Source: Actinomycetota bacterium
Lineage (GTDB): Bacteria > Actinomycetota > Actinomycetes > Actinomycetales > Microbacteriaceae
DNA length: 37,407 nt
NCBI GenBank assembly: GCA_041177045.1
Contig: JBEDBW010000001.1
Coordinates: 1-37,407 of the forward strand
Direction: 5' to 3'
Below are positions 1 to 10,117 of the stretch, piece after piece. The number at the start of each line of letters is the position of its first letter. The first letter of the stretch is position 1. The position numbers and the translations under genes are program-made. The notes beneath the pieces are model-generated. The model ran no database searches, was not told the DNA's origin, and saw only the letters and a list, made by a program, of their open reading frames with translations.

Positions 1-603
1 TCTTTTACTCCAGGAGTTCCTCGTTGGAAAGTTGGTAAGGGTGAAGGTTGGGTAACAGCTGAGTATGCAATGCTTCCTCGTGCAACCCATGACAGAAATG
101 ATCGTGAATCTGTTAGAGGAAAAATTGGTGGTCGCACCCACGAGATCTCACGTCTGATTGGACGAGCTCTAAGAGCAGCAGTTGACTTCAAGGCACTAGG
201 GGAGAACACCATTGTTATCGACTGTGATGTTCTGCAAGCTGATGGAGGAACAAGAACTGCTGCCATCACTGGAGCATATGTTGCTCTAGTAGATGCTGTG
301 AACTATGGAATTGAACATGGGCACATCCCCGCAAAGAACAAGGTAATTGTCGAGTCTATTTCAGCTATCTCGGTTGGTATCGTCGATGGTGTTCCAATGT
401 TAGATCTTGCCTACACCGAAGACGTCAGAGCTGAAACGGACATGAACGTTGTTGTTACAGGAACAGGCAAGTTTGTTGAAGTTCAAGGAACTGCCGAAGG
501 TGTTGCTTTCGATAGAGATGAACTAAATGCTCTTTTAGATTTGGCTTTGCTTGGAACAAAGGAACTCACTTCAATCCAGCAATCAAGTCTGGGTCAGAAC
601 TAA
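1..603 (+). CDS. rph: Ribonuclease PH (5' end outside window)
   Basis: Frame 1 is open from base 1 ([10 protein letters not shown]...[14 protein letters not shown]). Motifs [29 protein letters not shown] and DMNVV are present; lies upstream of rdgB. Confidence 0.97.
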   Translation, partial: SFTPGVPRWKVGKGEGWVTAEYAMLPRATHDRNDRESVRGKIGGRTHEISRLIGRALRAAVDFKALGENTIVIDCDVLQADGGTRTAAITGAYVALVDAVNYGIEHGHIPAKNKVIVESISAISVGIVDGVPMLDLAYTEDVRAETDMNVVVTGTGKFVEVQGTAEGVAFDRDELNALLDLALLGTKELTSIQQSSLGQN

Positions 604-605
604 GC

Positions 606-1172
606 ATGCAGCTAGTTTTAGCAACCCATAACCAAGGCAAGGTTCAAGAACTAAAAGCCATATTGGAACCTGTTGGTTTAGACCTTGTTGGTTATGACGG
701 ACCTGAACCTGTTGAAGATGGAATCAGTTTTCTAGAGAACGCTCTAATCAAAGCAAGAGCAGCTCACAAGCACACCGGGTTACCTGCAATTGCAGATGAT
801 TCAGGTTTAGCCGTTGAAATACTTGGCGGTTCTCCTGGCATCTTCACCGCAATTTGGTCAGGTACTAAAGACAATGTTGCAAATAGAAGATTGCTACTGG
901 CTCAACTCAAAGACATTCATCCTGAACACAGAGCAGCATCGTTTGTCTGCACGATTGCTTTGGTGACTGATGAAGGAGAAACTACATTTACCGGTGTTTG
1001 GCCAGGAAGCATTTCCCCTGAAGAACGTGGCACTAACGGTCACGGTTACGATCCAGTATTTATTCCAGAAGGTTTCGAGCAAACTGCTGCTGAACTTGAA
1101 CCAGAAGTAAAGAATGCGCTTAGCCACAGAGCACAAGCTCTGAGTGGGCTAATTAGTTTCTTTAGATCCTGA
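606..1172 (+). CDS. rdgB: Non-canonical purine NTP pyrophosphatase (RdgB/Ham1)
   Basis: ATHNQGK, ENALIKA, ADDSGL, GYDPVF and SHR motifs; rph-rdgB synteny. Confidence 0.95.
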   Translation: MQLVLATHNQGKVQELKAILEPVGLDLVGYDGPEPVEDGISFLENALIKARAAHKHTGLPAIADDSGLAVEILGGSPGIFTAIWSGTKDNVANRRLLLAQLKDIHPEHRAASFVCTIALVTDEGETTFTGVWPGSISPEERGTNGHGYDPVFIPEGFEQTAAELEPEVKNALSHRAQALSGLISFFRS

Positions 1173-1793
1173 GTTTTTTCTACGAGCTTTGATTACTTCT
1201 AGAACTACGGGAATCAAAGAAATAGCCACCAAAGTTACAGTCACCAAAACAACGTTTTCTCTAACGAATGGAATTTGTCCTAGGAAGAAACCAATTAGTG
1301 GAACGATGATTCCCCAGCTAATCGCTCCAATCAAGTTGTTTCTCAGGTAATAGGAATACTGCATCTTTCCTACACCAGCTGCCACTGGCACAAATGTTCT
1401 AAGAATTGGAACGTAGTGAGCGAAGATAACTGCCTTAGCTCCGTGCTTCACAAAGAACCGTTGAGCTCGATCAGCATTCTTCTGGCTAAAGAACCTTGAA
1501 TTAGGTCGCTTGAAGACGGCAGGACCTGCTTTTCTGCCAATGAAGTAGCCAAGTTGATCTCCAACTATGGCTGATGCCGAAATCAGTATGCAGGCTAACC
1601 AAATAGGTACATCTATCAGTCCAGTACCAATCATCAGCCCAACTGTGAACAGCAGTGAGTCTCCAGGGAGAAAGAAACCTACCAATAGCCCTGTTTCAGC
1701 GATGATGATGAGGCATACGATCACCATGGCCAGAGGGCCAAGGTCTCTCAAGATACCTTCAAGGTCAAAATGCAATATGTCGTTTATATTCAT
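1149..1793 (-). CDS. DedA/VTT family membrane protein
   Basis: AETGLLVGFFLPGDSLLF, GDQLGYFIGR and RTFVPVAAG motifs with multiple TM segments. Confidence 0.93.
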   Translation of the reverse strand: MNINDILHFDLEGILRDLGPLAMVIVCLIIIAETGLLVGFFLPGDSLLFTVGLMIGTGLIDVPIWLACILISASAIVGDQLGYFIGRKAGPAVFKRPNSRFFSQKNADRAQRFFVKHGAKAVIFAHYVPILRTFVPVAAGVGKMQYSYYLRNNLIGAISWGIIVPLIGFFLGQIPFVRENVVLVTVTLVAISLIPVVLEVIKARRKNSGSKETN

Positions 1794-1794
1794 G

Positions 1795-1866
1795 TGCCCC
1801 CAGCAGGAATCGAACCTGCGCTCCCGCCTCCGGAGGGCGGTGCTCTATCCCCTGAGCTATGGGGGC
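1795..1866 (-). tRNA. tRNA-Arg (anticodon CCG); CCA not encoded
   Basis: Reverse complement folds as a cloverleaf: GCCCCCA acceptor, GCTC/GAGC D arm, CCGCC-CT CCG GA-GGCGG anticodon arm, GCAGG-TTCGATT-CCTGC T arm, TGGGGGC-A 3' end. Divergent from argS. Confidence 0.96.
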
Positions 1867-1880
1867 TAGGCGATAAGCCC

Positions 1881-1889
1881 AGACTACCA
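1881..1889 (-). promoter_or_regulatory. Putative extended -10 promoter for tRNA-Arg/dedA
   Basis: TGG-TAGTCT on the minus strand, about 14 nt upstream of the mature tRNA 5' end. Confidence 0.45.
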
Positions 1890-1937
1890 GCCGCCTATCT
1901 AAAGAGGCAGAGCCACTTATGGCCTCGCTAGGCACTT

Positions 1938-1946
1938 TGGTAGACT
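1938..1946 (+). promoter_or_regulatory. Putative extended -10 promoter for the argS operon
   Basis: TGG-TAGACT (TGnTAnnnT) about 75 nt upstream of argS. Confidence 0.5.
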
Positions 1947-2019
1947 TAGGGGATTACCGGTGAAGGCGTTGTGGCCTTGAAACCCAATTAATTCATTCCC
2001 CAAAGTAAAGGTGCATTGC

Positions 2020-3675
2020 GTGACCCCTGCAGATCTATCCAGTCACATTCTTGCCATCTTGGGCTCTTTGCAGACCCAGGGCAAGTTGGCTGTTATTGAC
2101 CTGCCTGCTGAAGTCGTAGTTGAAAGACCAAAGAACAGAGATCATGGGGATTGGGCAACTAACGTTGCTATGCAGTGGGGTGTGAAATTGGGTTCAAACC
2201 CGAGAGAATTTGCAGCCCTTCTAGCAAAGGAACTGGAAAGTGTTTCTGGCATCTCAAAGGTTGATGTTGCTGGCCCTGGCTTTATCAACATCACTCTTAG
2301 TGCAGCAGCTGCAGGAGAACTTGCGAAGCAAATTGTTCAAGCTGGAGATTCTTACGGTGCGGGAAGTTTGCTTTCTGGAATCAAGATGAACCTTGAGTTT
2401 GTTTCAGCTAACCCAACTGGCCCTATCCATATTGGTGGAACACGTTGGGCAGCAGTTGGAGATTCACTTGCAAGAATCTTTGAGGCCCAAGGAGCAAAAG
2501 TTACTCGTGAGTATTACTTCAACGACCACGGTGCACAGATAGATAGATTTGCTAGATCACTTCTGGCTGCAGCTAGATCAGAAGATGCACCTGAAGATGG
2601 TTATGCAGGTGAATACATAAATCAGATTGCTAAGGCAGTTCTTGAATTGCATCCAAATGCCACCTCACTTCCAGAAGAAGAAGCTAAAGAAACATTTAGA
2701 GCAGCCGGTGTTGATTTGATGTTTGGCGAGATTCGTGAATCTCTTGAAAAGTTTGGTGTTCACTTCGACGTGTTCTTCCATGAGAATTCTCTGTACGAAC
2801 AAGGTGCTGTCCAGAAGGCCATTGAAAGACTAAGAGGCCTGGGTCACATCTATGACCAAGACGGAGCTGTTTGGCTTCGTTCAACAACTTTCGGTGATGA
2901 CAGAGATCGTGTTGTTATTAAGAGCGATGGTGAAGCCGCCTACATTGCTGGAGACCTTGCTTATTACTTAGATAAGCGAGAGCGTGGATTTGATCAGGCT
3001 ATCTACATGCTTGGAGCAGATCACCACGGCTATGTCCAGAGAATGATGGCGATGTGTGCTGCCTTCGGTGATGAGCCTGGAGTGAATCTAGAGATTCTTA
3101 TTGGTCAGCTAGTGAACTTAGTTAAAGATGGTGAACCGGTAAGAATGTCTAAGCGTGCAGGAACTGTAGTAACTATGGAAGATTTGGTTGATGCTGTTGG
3201 TGTTGATGCTGCTAGATACGCATTGACTAGATCATCAATTAACTCAATGGTTGATATTGACCTTGATCAGTTGTCTAAGAAGACCAACGACAACCCTGTC
3301 TTCTACGTTCAGTACGCTCACGCTAGAACCAAGCAGGTTGCTAATAACGCTCAATCTCTAAGCGTTGATGACAGCGAGTTTGATCCAAGTCTTCTAACTC
3401 ACGAAAGTGAATCAAACCTTCTTGCTGCCCTGGCTCGCTTCCCAGCAGTAATGGCTCATTCTTCTACAGAGCGTGCACCTCACCTGGTTGCCCGTTATCT
3501 AGAGGAAGTAGCAGGAGCATATCACCGCTGGTATGACGCATGTCGAGTTACTCCGCTATCAGGTAACGCAGTTGAATCAGTCCACAGAACTAGACTTTGG
3601 CTAAACAACGCAGCATCCGTTGTTCTAGCTAATGGCCTGAAGGTTCTTGGCGTTAGTGCACCGGAGCGTATGTGA
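2020..3675 (+). CDS. argS: Arginine--tRNA ligase
   Basis: [15 protein letters not shown] (HIGH-like), GADHHGY, MSKRAG and YVQYAHAR motifs. GTG at 2020 is preferred over 2011 because AAAGGTG sits at SD distance from it. Confidence 0.97.
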   Translation: MTPADLSSHILAILGSLQTQGKLAVIDLPAEVVVERPKNRDHGDWATNVAMQWGVKLGSNPREFAALLAKELESVSGISKVDVAGPGFINITLSAAAAGELAKQIVQAGDSYGAGSLLSGIKMNLEFVSANPTGPIHIGGTRWAAVGDSLARIFEAQGAKVTREYYFNDHGAQIDRFARSLLAAARSEDAPEDGYAGEYINQIAKAVLELHPNATSLPEEEAKETFRAAGVDLMFGEIRESLEKFGVHFDVFFHENSLYEQGAVQKAIERLRGLGHIYDQDGAVWLRSTTFGDDRDRVVIKSDGEAAYIAGDLAYYLDKRERGFDQAIYMLGADHHGYVQRMMAMCAAFGDEPGVNLEILIGQLVNLVKDGEPVRMSKRAGTVVTMEDLVDAVGVDAARYALTRSSINSMVDIDLDQLSKKTNDNPVFYVQYAHARTKQVANNAQSLSVDDSEFDPSLLTHESESNLLAALARFPAVMAHSSTERAPHLVARYLEEVAGAYHRWYDACRVTPLSGNAVESVHRTRLWLNNAASVVLANGLKVLGVSAPERM

Positions 3676-5066
3676 TGAACGATAACCAGTTAGCTCCGTC
3701 TTGGCTAGAAGTACCTAAAGATGTCAACGCCATCCAAGCTGGCATATGGCCGAAGAGTTTCAAGCGTGAATCAGACGGACATATCTCTATCGGTGGAAAT
3801 GCTGTTGGCGATCTAGTGGCAGAGTTTGGTTCACCCCTATACGTTTTAGACAAAACAGAGTTCTTTGATAGAGCAAAGCAAATTATTAAGGCTTTCTCTA
3901 AAGAAGCTGAAAAGCACGACACCAAAGCAAAGATTTACTACGCGAGTAAGGCTTTCCTTTCAACTGAGGTAGTTCGTTGGGTTGACCAGCTTGGAATGAA
4001 TGTTGATGTTTCATCCGGTGGAGAGTTAGCTGTTGCTTTAGCTGGTGGTATCGATGCAAAACGAATCGGACTACACGGCAATAACAAATCACACAGCGAA
4101 ATTGGTCGTGCAGTTGCTGCAGGTGTCGGTGTGATTGTTATCGACAGCGACATTGAGATTGAGAGAATTGCATCTGCTGCTGGTGCTCAAGACCGCATTC
4201 AACCAGTGCGAATTCGTGTAAACAGTGGAGTGCATGCACACACTCACGAATACCTAGCAACTGCTAGAGAAGATCAGAAGTTCGGTATCGCTATGGCAGA
4301 TGTTCCTGCCCTTGTCGAAAAGATTCGCTCACACAAACACTTACAGTTCTTGGGTCTTCATTCACACATTGGTTCACAGATCTTTGCTGTTGAAGGTTTT
4401 GTTGAAGCAGCCAAGAGACTAGTTGCTCTGCAGGCAGAACTACTCAAGAGTGGACCTGTTCCAGAGATGAACCTAGGTGGAGGTTTCGGAGTTGCTTACA
4501 CTCCAGCTGATTCACCACTTGCTATTGAAGATGTTGCCAAGGCAATTACTGATGCAGTTGCAGATGAGTGTAAAAAGTTTGGTATTTCAATTCCTGTTCT
4601 AGCCTATGAACCAGGACGAGCAATTGTTGGCCCAGCTGGAATAACTCTCTACAACGTAGGAACCACCAAAGATGTTCTTGTTGGGGAAGAAGCAGTTGTT
4701 AGAAAGTATGTGAGCATCGACGGTGGTATGAGCGACAACGCTAGACCAGCTCTCTACGGAGCTGACTACAGTGTCACTATTGCTTCAAGAGAATCAGATG
4801 CAAAGCCAGCTTTATCTCGTGTTGTTGGTAAGCACTGTGAATCTGGAGATATCGTTGTCAAAGATGCCTATCTTCCTGAGGATGTTGCTCCTAACGATCT
4901 GTTAGCTGTTGCCACCACAGGGGCTTACTGCTTCTCGCTAGCCAGCAACTACAACTATTTGGCTAGAGCCGCAGTTGTTGCTGTTTCAGATGGCAAGGTT
5001 GATTTAATAGTTAGAGCTGAAACAGAAGAAGACCTGCTTTCAAGAGATGTGAAGGTGTCACGATGA
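3672..5066 (+). CDS. lysA: Diaminopimelate decarboxylase
   Basis: YASKAF (PLP lysine), [23 protein letters not shown] and GAY motifs; argS-lysA synteny. Confidence 0.96.
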   Translation: MMNDNQLAPSWLEVPKDVNAIQAGIWPKSFKRESDGHISIGGNAVGDLVAEFGSPLYVLDKTEFFDRAKQIIKAFSKEAEKHDTKAKIYYASKAFLSTEVVRWVDQLGMNVDVSSGGELAVALAGGIDAKRIGLHGNNKSHSEIGRAVAAGVGVIVIDSDIEIERIASAAGAQDRIQPVRIRVNSGVHAHTHEYLATAREDQKFGIAMADVPALVEKIRSHKHLQFLGLHSHIGSQIFAVEGFVEAAKRLVALQAELLKSGPVPEMNLGGGFGVAYTPADSPLAIEDVAKAITDAVADECKKFGISIPVLAYEPGRAIVGPAGITLYNVGTTKDVLVGEEAVVRKYVSIDGGMSDNARPALYGADYSVTIASRESDAKPALSRVVGKHCESGDIVVKDAYLPEDVAPNDLLAVATTGAYCFSLASNYNYLARAAVVAVSDGKVDLIVRAETEEDLLSRDVKVSR

Positions 5067-6379
5067 TTGAATATCGACCGCTTAGAGTTGCTCTTTTAGG
5101 AGCAGGCTCTGTTGGCTCACAGGTTGCAAGGCTAATTATTGAAAACAAAGACGAGCTAGCTGCTCGTGTTGGTGCCGAACTTCAGCTAGCTGGAGTTCTA
5201 GTAAGAGACAAGAGAGCTGCTAGAAACTTCGGTATCCCTCAAGAATTGATTACTACCGAAGCTGATCAACTAATCCTCGGTGCCGACATCGTGATTGAGG
5301 TTATGGGTGGCATTGAGCCAGCACGTACCTACATCCTGGCTGCATTGAACTCAGGTAGCGATGTAATTACCGCTAACAAGGCATTGCTTGCAACCCATGG
5401 AACAGAGTTGTTTGATGTTGCTGAACAAGTTGGAGCTCAGCTCTACTTTGAGGCAGCTGTTGCTGGAGCAATTCCAATCATTAGACCGCTTCGTGAGTCT
5501 TTGGCTGGAGATAAAGTCAAGCGAATCATGGGAATCGTGAATGGTTCAACTAACTTCATTCTTGATCGCATGGATTCAACCGGTTCGACTCTTGAAGAAG
5601 CTATGAAAGAGGCAACCAAGCTTGGCTATCTAGAAGCTGATCCAGTTTTGGATGTTGAAGGTTATGACGCAGCTCAGAAAGCAGCCATCCTCGCATCTCT
5701 TGCTTTCCATACAGAAGTTCCTCTAGAGAAGGTTTACCGCGAAGGAATTACAAAAGTTACCCAGGCTCAAATGGCAGCAGCTAAGAGAGATGGTTACGTA
5801 ATCAAACTTCTAGCTATCTGCGAAAAGATAGCTGCCGATTCAGAACACCCTGAAGAAGGTATCTCTGTTCGTGTTTACCCAGCAATGGTTCCACTAGAGC
5901 ATCCTCTTGCAGCTGTGCGCGGAGCTTTCAACGCAGTATTCGTTGAGGCAGAAGCTGCTGGAAGTCTTATGTTCTATGGTGCTGGTGCTGGTGGAATTCA
6001 AACTGCATCTGCAGTCATGGGAGATTTAGTTTCTGCAGCTAAGCGACACGTAGCTGGTGGTCCAGGTCTAGCTGACTCTGTGCACGCTGAACTAGAAGTT
6101 CTACCGATCAGCAGAATCATGACAAGATACCAAATCACTTTGGAAGTAACTGACCAACCAGGTGTGCTTGCATCGATTGCAAACATTTTTGCTAACCACA
6201 ATGTTTCTATCGAAACAGTTGAGCAGTCTTCAAAGATGATTCAAGCTGAAACTACTGCTTGGTTGGAAATTGGAACTCATGAAGCTAGTGATAAATCACT
6301 AGCTGCCGTAGTAAGTGAACTCGACGCCAGTGCTGCCGTTGAACAAATCACCTCTGTTATCAGAGTTGAAGGAGTATAA
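5063..6379 (+). CDS. hom: Homoserine dehydrogenase with C-terminal ACT domain
   Basis: GAGSVG Rossmann motif, TANKAL, EAAVAGAIP, EADP..DVEG.DAAQK, and DQPGVLA ACT motif. Confidence 0.96.
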   Translation: MIEYRPLRVALLGAGSVGSQVARLIIENKDELAARVGAELQLAGVLVRDKRAARNFGIPQELITTEADQLILGADIVIEVMGGIEPARTYILAALNSGSDVITANKALLATHGTELFDVAEQVGAQLYFEAAVAGAIPIIRPLRESLAGDKVKRIMGIVNGSTNFILDRMDSTGSTLEEAMKEATKLGYLEADPVLDVEGYDAAQKAAILASLAFHTEVPLEKVYREGITKVTQAQMAAAKRDGYVIKLLAICEKIAADSEHPEEGISVRVYPAMVPLEHPLAAVRGAFNAVFVEAEAAGSLMFYGAGAGGIQTASAVMGDLVSAAKRHVAGGPGLADSVHAELEVLPISRIMTRYQITLEVTDQPGVLASIANIFANHNVSIETVEQSSKMIQAETTAWLEIGTHEASDKSLAAVVSELDASAAVEQITSVIRVEGV

Positions 6380-6381
6380 AC

Positions 6382-7461
6382 ATGGCACATCAATGGCGTG
6401 GAGTAATCAACGAGTATTTTGATCGACTAGATATTGAGCCTGGCACGAGGGTAATCACCTTGGGTGAGGGAGGAACACCACTAGTAGCTGCTCCTGCTCT
6501 AGCAAAACTTGTTGGAGCTTCTGAAGTTTGGCTAAAGGTTGAAGGAATGAACCCAACTGGTTCATTCAAAGACCGTGGAATGACAATGGCTGTTACTAAA
6601 GCCGTTCACCATGGAGCTAAGGCTGTTATTTGTGCTTCTACAGGAAACACTTCGGCGAGTGCTGCTGCTTACGCTGCTGCTGCGGGCATCAAATCTGTAG
6701 TTCTTATCCCAGAGGGCAAGATCACTATGGGTAAGTTGGCTCAAGCCGTTGCCCATAAAGCAGAGATACTTCAGGTCAGAGGTAACTTTGATGACTGTCT
6801 AGTCCTTGCCAGAGAACTCAGCGAGAACTACGCGGTGCACTTGGTCAACTCTGTGAACCCAGATCGTATTGAAGGCCAGAAGACAGCAAGCTTTGAAGTA
6901 GTTGAAACCCTAGGTTTCGCTCCTGACTTCCATGTCTTGCCTGTTGGTAACGCTGGAAACTACAGCGCTTACTTCAAGGGTTACTTAGAAGAATTCAATG
7001 AGGGAACTATCAAGGGGATCCCTGTGATGTGGGGATTCCAAGCAGAAGGCTCAGCTCCTTTTGTAGCTGGACACCCTATTGCTAACCCAGAAACTATTGC
7101 TACCGCTATCAGAATTGGTAACCCAGCTTCTTGGGATCTAGCTCTCAGTGCTCAAGATTGCAGCAAGGGAGAGTTTGGTGCTGTTAGCGATGAAGAGATT
7201 CTGTGGATGCACAGATTCCTGTCTAATGAAGTTGGCGTATTCGTAGAACCTTCATCAGCTACCGGTGCCGCTGGTCTATTCAAGAACTCAAAGCTAGGCA
7301 AAGTTCCAAGTGGAACAAAGATTGTTGTCACTGTTACAGGCCATGGTCTGAAAGATGTTGGTTGGGCATTGAAAGATGCAAATGGCGAAGAGATTTCTCC
7401 AGTTTCTTGTTCTAAAGAAACCAGTGAAGTTGCAGAGCTTCTTGGATTGGATAAAAACTAA
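6382..7461 (+). CDS. thrC: Threonine synthase
   Basis: NPTGSFKDRGM, CASTGNTSAS and PVGNAGN motifs. Confidence 0.96.
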   Translation: MAHQWRGVINEYFDRLDIEPGTRVITLGEGGTPLVAAPALAKLVGASEVWLKVEGMNPTGSFKDRGMTMAVTKAVHHGAKAVICASTGNTSASAAAYAAAAGIKSVVLIPEGKITMGKLAQAVAHKAEILQVRGNFDDCLVLARELSENYAVHLVNSVNPDRIEGQKTASFEVVETLGFAPDFHVLPVGNAGNYSAYFKGYLEEFNEGTIKGIPVMWGFQAEGSAPFVAGHPIANPETIATAIRIGNPASWDLALSAQDCSKGEFGAVSDEEILWMHRFLSNEVGVFVEPSSATGAAGLFKNSKLGKVPSGTKIVVTVTGHGLKDVGWALKDANGEEISPVSCSKETSEVAELLGLDKN

Positions 7462-8414
7462 TGCGTTTAGATCAAGCTAACGCCATGCTGGGTAGAAAAG
7501 TTGTTGTTAAAGTTCCAGCGACAACAGCAAACCTAGGTCCTGGTTTCGACACTTTGGGTATGGCTTTATCTTTTTACGATGAACTTGAAGTTCAAGCGGT
7601 TGACGCTCTCGATGCTCAGGTAGAAGTTATTGGTGAAGGTCAAGGTGAAGTTGCAACAGGTGATGAAAATCTAGTTGTAAAAGCTATTGCTTACACATTC
7701 CAATACATGAGACAACCACTTCCAGGACTAAGACTTCGAGCTCATAACTTTATTCCTCACGGTAGAGGAATGGGATCTTCAGGAGCTGCAGTAGTAGCTG
7801 GAATTATGGCTGCTAAAGGTTTGCTTGAAGGCATTGTTGAGATAACTCCAACTCAGCTTTTGGAAATTGCAACAAAGCTTGAGGGACACCCAGACAATGT
7901 GGCTCCAGCACTATTCGGTGGACTAACTATTGCTTGGCAGGATGAGACCGGACCTAAGCACAAGAAGCTTTTCGTCCACAGAGGTGTGTCTCCACTAGTT
8001 CTTGTTCCAAAGAACAAGATGTCTACTGAACTAGCTAGATCTCTGCAGCCAGATTCAGTTCCTCACGATGATGCTGTATTCAATGTTTCTCGTTCAGCTC
8101 TGCTTATTGCAGCTCTAACCCAGAGCCCTGAGCTACTTCTAGCAGCCACTGAGGACAGATTGCACCAGGCTTACAGAGCCAAAGCTATGCCTGAAACTGA
8201 TGCTCTAATCACGGCATTGCGTGATGCAGGACATGCTGCTGTTGTTTCAGGGGCTGGCCCATCAGTGCTGGTTTTGGCCTCAGATCCCGCTCAAAGACTG
8301 GCTGCAGCCAGTCTGGCAGCTGAGAAGTTCCCAACTTGGAGCTCTTTAATGTTGGCGGTTGACTTCAAAGGTGCTACTGTTGCAACGTACACAAATCTTG
8401 GGGCTAATCAATAG
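7461..8414 (+). CDS. thrB: Homoserine kinase
   Basis: PATTANLGPGFD, PHGRGMGSSGAA (GHMP motif), EGHPDN and SGAGPS. Confidence 0.96.
   Translation: MRLDQANAMLGRKVVVKVPATTANLGPGFDTLGMALSFYDELEVQAVDALDAQVEVIGEGQGEVATGDENLVVKAIAYTFQYMRQPLPGLRLRAHNFIPHGRGMGSSGAAVVAGIMAAKGLLEGIVEITPTQLLEIATKLEGHPDNVAPALFGGLTIAWQDETGPKHKKLFVHRGVSPLVLVPKNKMSTELARSLQPDSVPHDDAVFNVSRSALLIAALTQSPELLLAATEDRLHQAYRAKAMPETDALITALRDAGHAAVVSGAGPSVLVLASDPAQRLAAASLAAEKFPTWSSLMLAVDFKGATVATYTNLGANQ
8352..8380 (+). promoter_or_regulatory. Putative sigma-A promoter for rho inside the thrB 3' end
   Basis: TTGGCG (8352-8357), 17-bp spacer, TACTGT (8375-8380), with TG at the extended -10 position. Confidence 0.5.
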
Positions 8415-8530
8415 CTATCCAAATCCAAATCCCGTAAATACTTACGGTTCCAGCATGACAAGGGTCGTGCACCAAGCAATCCACCTCCAAATCAGAAACC
8501 GATTGCTAACTAAGAAAGAGTCAAACAAAC

Positions 8531-10117
8531 ATGGATGAAGTCCAAAAAGAAAATTCTCCTAAGAGATCACGTCGCGTAACTGCAGTTCCTGCAACAGACG
8601 CACCGGTTGAAGCTAAGAAGCCAGCCCGTTCTCGTAAGAGTGAAGATGCTGCACCTGCAGCTGCTCCAGCAGCGTCAACTGATGCACCTGCAGAGCGTTC
8701 AAACACTAGAACTCGTAACCGTTCAGCTGCTCCTAGCGAATCAGCTCCTAAGGCTGAAGGTTCACAAGAGTCATCTAGCGAGCGTCCAGCCCGCGGTGAA
8801 TTCGATGGTGAGCGTCCAGAGCGTTCTGAAAGAAACGATCGTCAGGGTCAAAACCGTAACCGTAATCGCAACCGTAACCGCAATGGTGGAAACGATAGAT
8901 TCCGTGACCGTGGTCCTCGTCGCAACAACGAGCGCGATGAAGTTGATACCGAGATCTCTCCAGACGATGTATTAGTACCTGTAGCAGGTATCTTGGACAT
9001 CCTCGATAACTACGCATTCGTTCGTACTACAGGTTACCTAGCTGGTCCAAACGATGTTTATGTATCCCTTGGTCAGGTCAAGAAGTATTCACTTCGCAAG
9101 GGTGATGCAGTTGTCGGTGCAATCCGTCAGCCACGTGAAGGTGATTCACCTTCAAGAACTAAGTTCAACGCGATTGTTCGTGTTGACACAGTTAATGGTC
9201 AGACTCCAGAAGAGGCAGCTAACCGTGTTGAATTTGGAAAGCTAACTCCTCTATACCCCCAGACTCGTCTGCGTCTAGAGACTGAGCCAAACAAGCTATC
9301 AACAAGAATCATTGACCTTGTAGCTCCTATTGGTAAGGGTCAGCGTGGACTTATTGTTTCACCACCTAAGGCTGGTAAGACTTTGGTTCTACAGGCTATT
9401 GCTAACTCAATTGCTGTAAACAACCCAGAAGTTCACCTAATGGTTGTTCTAGTTGATGAGCGTCCAGAAGAAGTTACAGACATGCAGAGAACTGTTAAGG
9501 GTGAAGTTATTGCTTCTACTTTTGACCGTCCAGCTGAAGATCACACAACAGTTGCAGAGCTTGCAATTGAACGAGCTAAACGTCTAGTTGAGATGGGCCA
9601 CGATGTTGTTGTGTTGCTTGACTCAATTACTCGTCTAGGTCGTGCCTACAACCTTTCAGCCCCGGCATCTGGTCGTATTCTTTCCGGTGGTGTTGATTCA
9701 TCAGCACTATATCCACCAAAGCGTTTCTTTGGTGCTGCTAGAAACATTGAAGATGGTGGATCACTAACCATCCTTGCAACAGCTCTTGTTGAGACTGGTT
9801 CGAAGATGGATGAAGTTATCTTCGAAGAGTTCAAGGGAACTGGAAACATGGAACTTCGTCTTTCACGCTCACTTGCAGACAAGAGAATCTTCCCTGCAGT
9901 TGATGTGAACGCATCTGGTACACGTCGTGAAGAAATGTTGATGAGCCCTGATGAGACCAAGATTGTTTGGAAGCTTCGTCGTGCTCTTGCAGGTCTTGAG
10001 CAGCAGCAAGCTCTTGAGCTTGTTCTAAACCGTCTAAAGGAAACTAAGAGCAACGTTGAGTTCCTAATGATGGTTCAGAAGTCTATGCCTGTAGCAAGCG
10101 GATCTGAAAGCGAATAA
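8531..10117 (+). CDS. rho: Transcription termination factor Rho with actinobacterial low-complexity N-terminal region
   Basis: [28 protein letters not shown] and [12 protein letters not shown] motifs; Arg/Asn/Glu-rich N-terminal insert including RNRNRNRN. Confidence 0.98.
   Translation: MDEVQKENSPKRSRRVTAVPATDAPVEAKKPARSRKSEDAAPAAAPAASTDAPAERSNTRTRNRSAAPSESAPKAEGSQESSSERPARGEFDGERPERSERNDRQGQNRNRNRNRNRNGGNDRFRDRGPRRNNERDEVDTEISPDDVLVPVAGILDILDNYAFVRTTGYLAGPNDVYVSLGQVKKYSLRKGDAVVGAIRQPREGDSPSRTKFNAIVRVDTVNGQTPEEAANRVEFGKLTPLYPQTRLRLETEPNKLSTRIIDLVAPIGKGQRGLIVSPPKAGKTLVLQAIANSIAVNNPEVHLMVVLVDERPEEVTDMQRTVKGEVIASTFDRPAEDHTTVAELAIERAKRLVEMGHDVVVLLDSITRLGRAYNLSAPASGRILSGGVDSSALYPPKRFFGAARNIEDGGSLTILATALVETGSKMDEVIFEEFKGTGNMELRLSRSLADKRIFPAVDVNASGTRREEMLMSPDETKIVWKLRRALAGLEQQQALELVLNRLKETKSNVEFLMMVQKSMPVASGSESE

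Noticed and set aside
1567-1869. 100-aa plus-strand ORF ending CPQQESNLRSRLRRAVLYPLSYGG
   Set aside because: Antisense shadow of dedA and the tRNA-Arg gene; this peptide is the typical translation of a reversed tRNA.
1867-2019. T-box riboswitch or integrated element at the tRNA-Arg/argS locus
   Set aside because: No T-box consensus, integrase or duplicated tRNA 3' end (att site) is visible.
8607-9017. Alternative-frame ORFs and the (AACCGT)n repeat in the rho 5' region
   Set aside because: Explained by the low-complexity RNRNRN region typical of actinobacterial Rho; not a separate gene or array.
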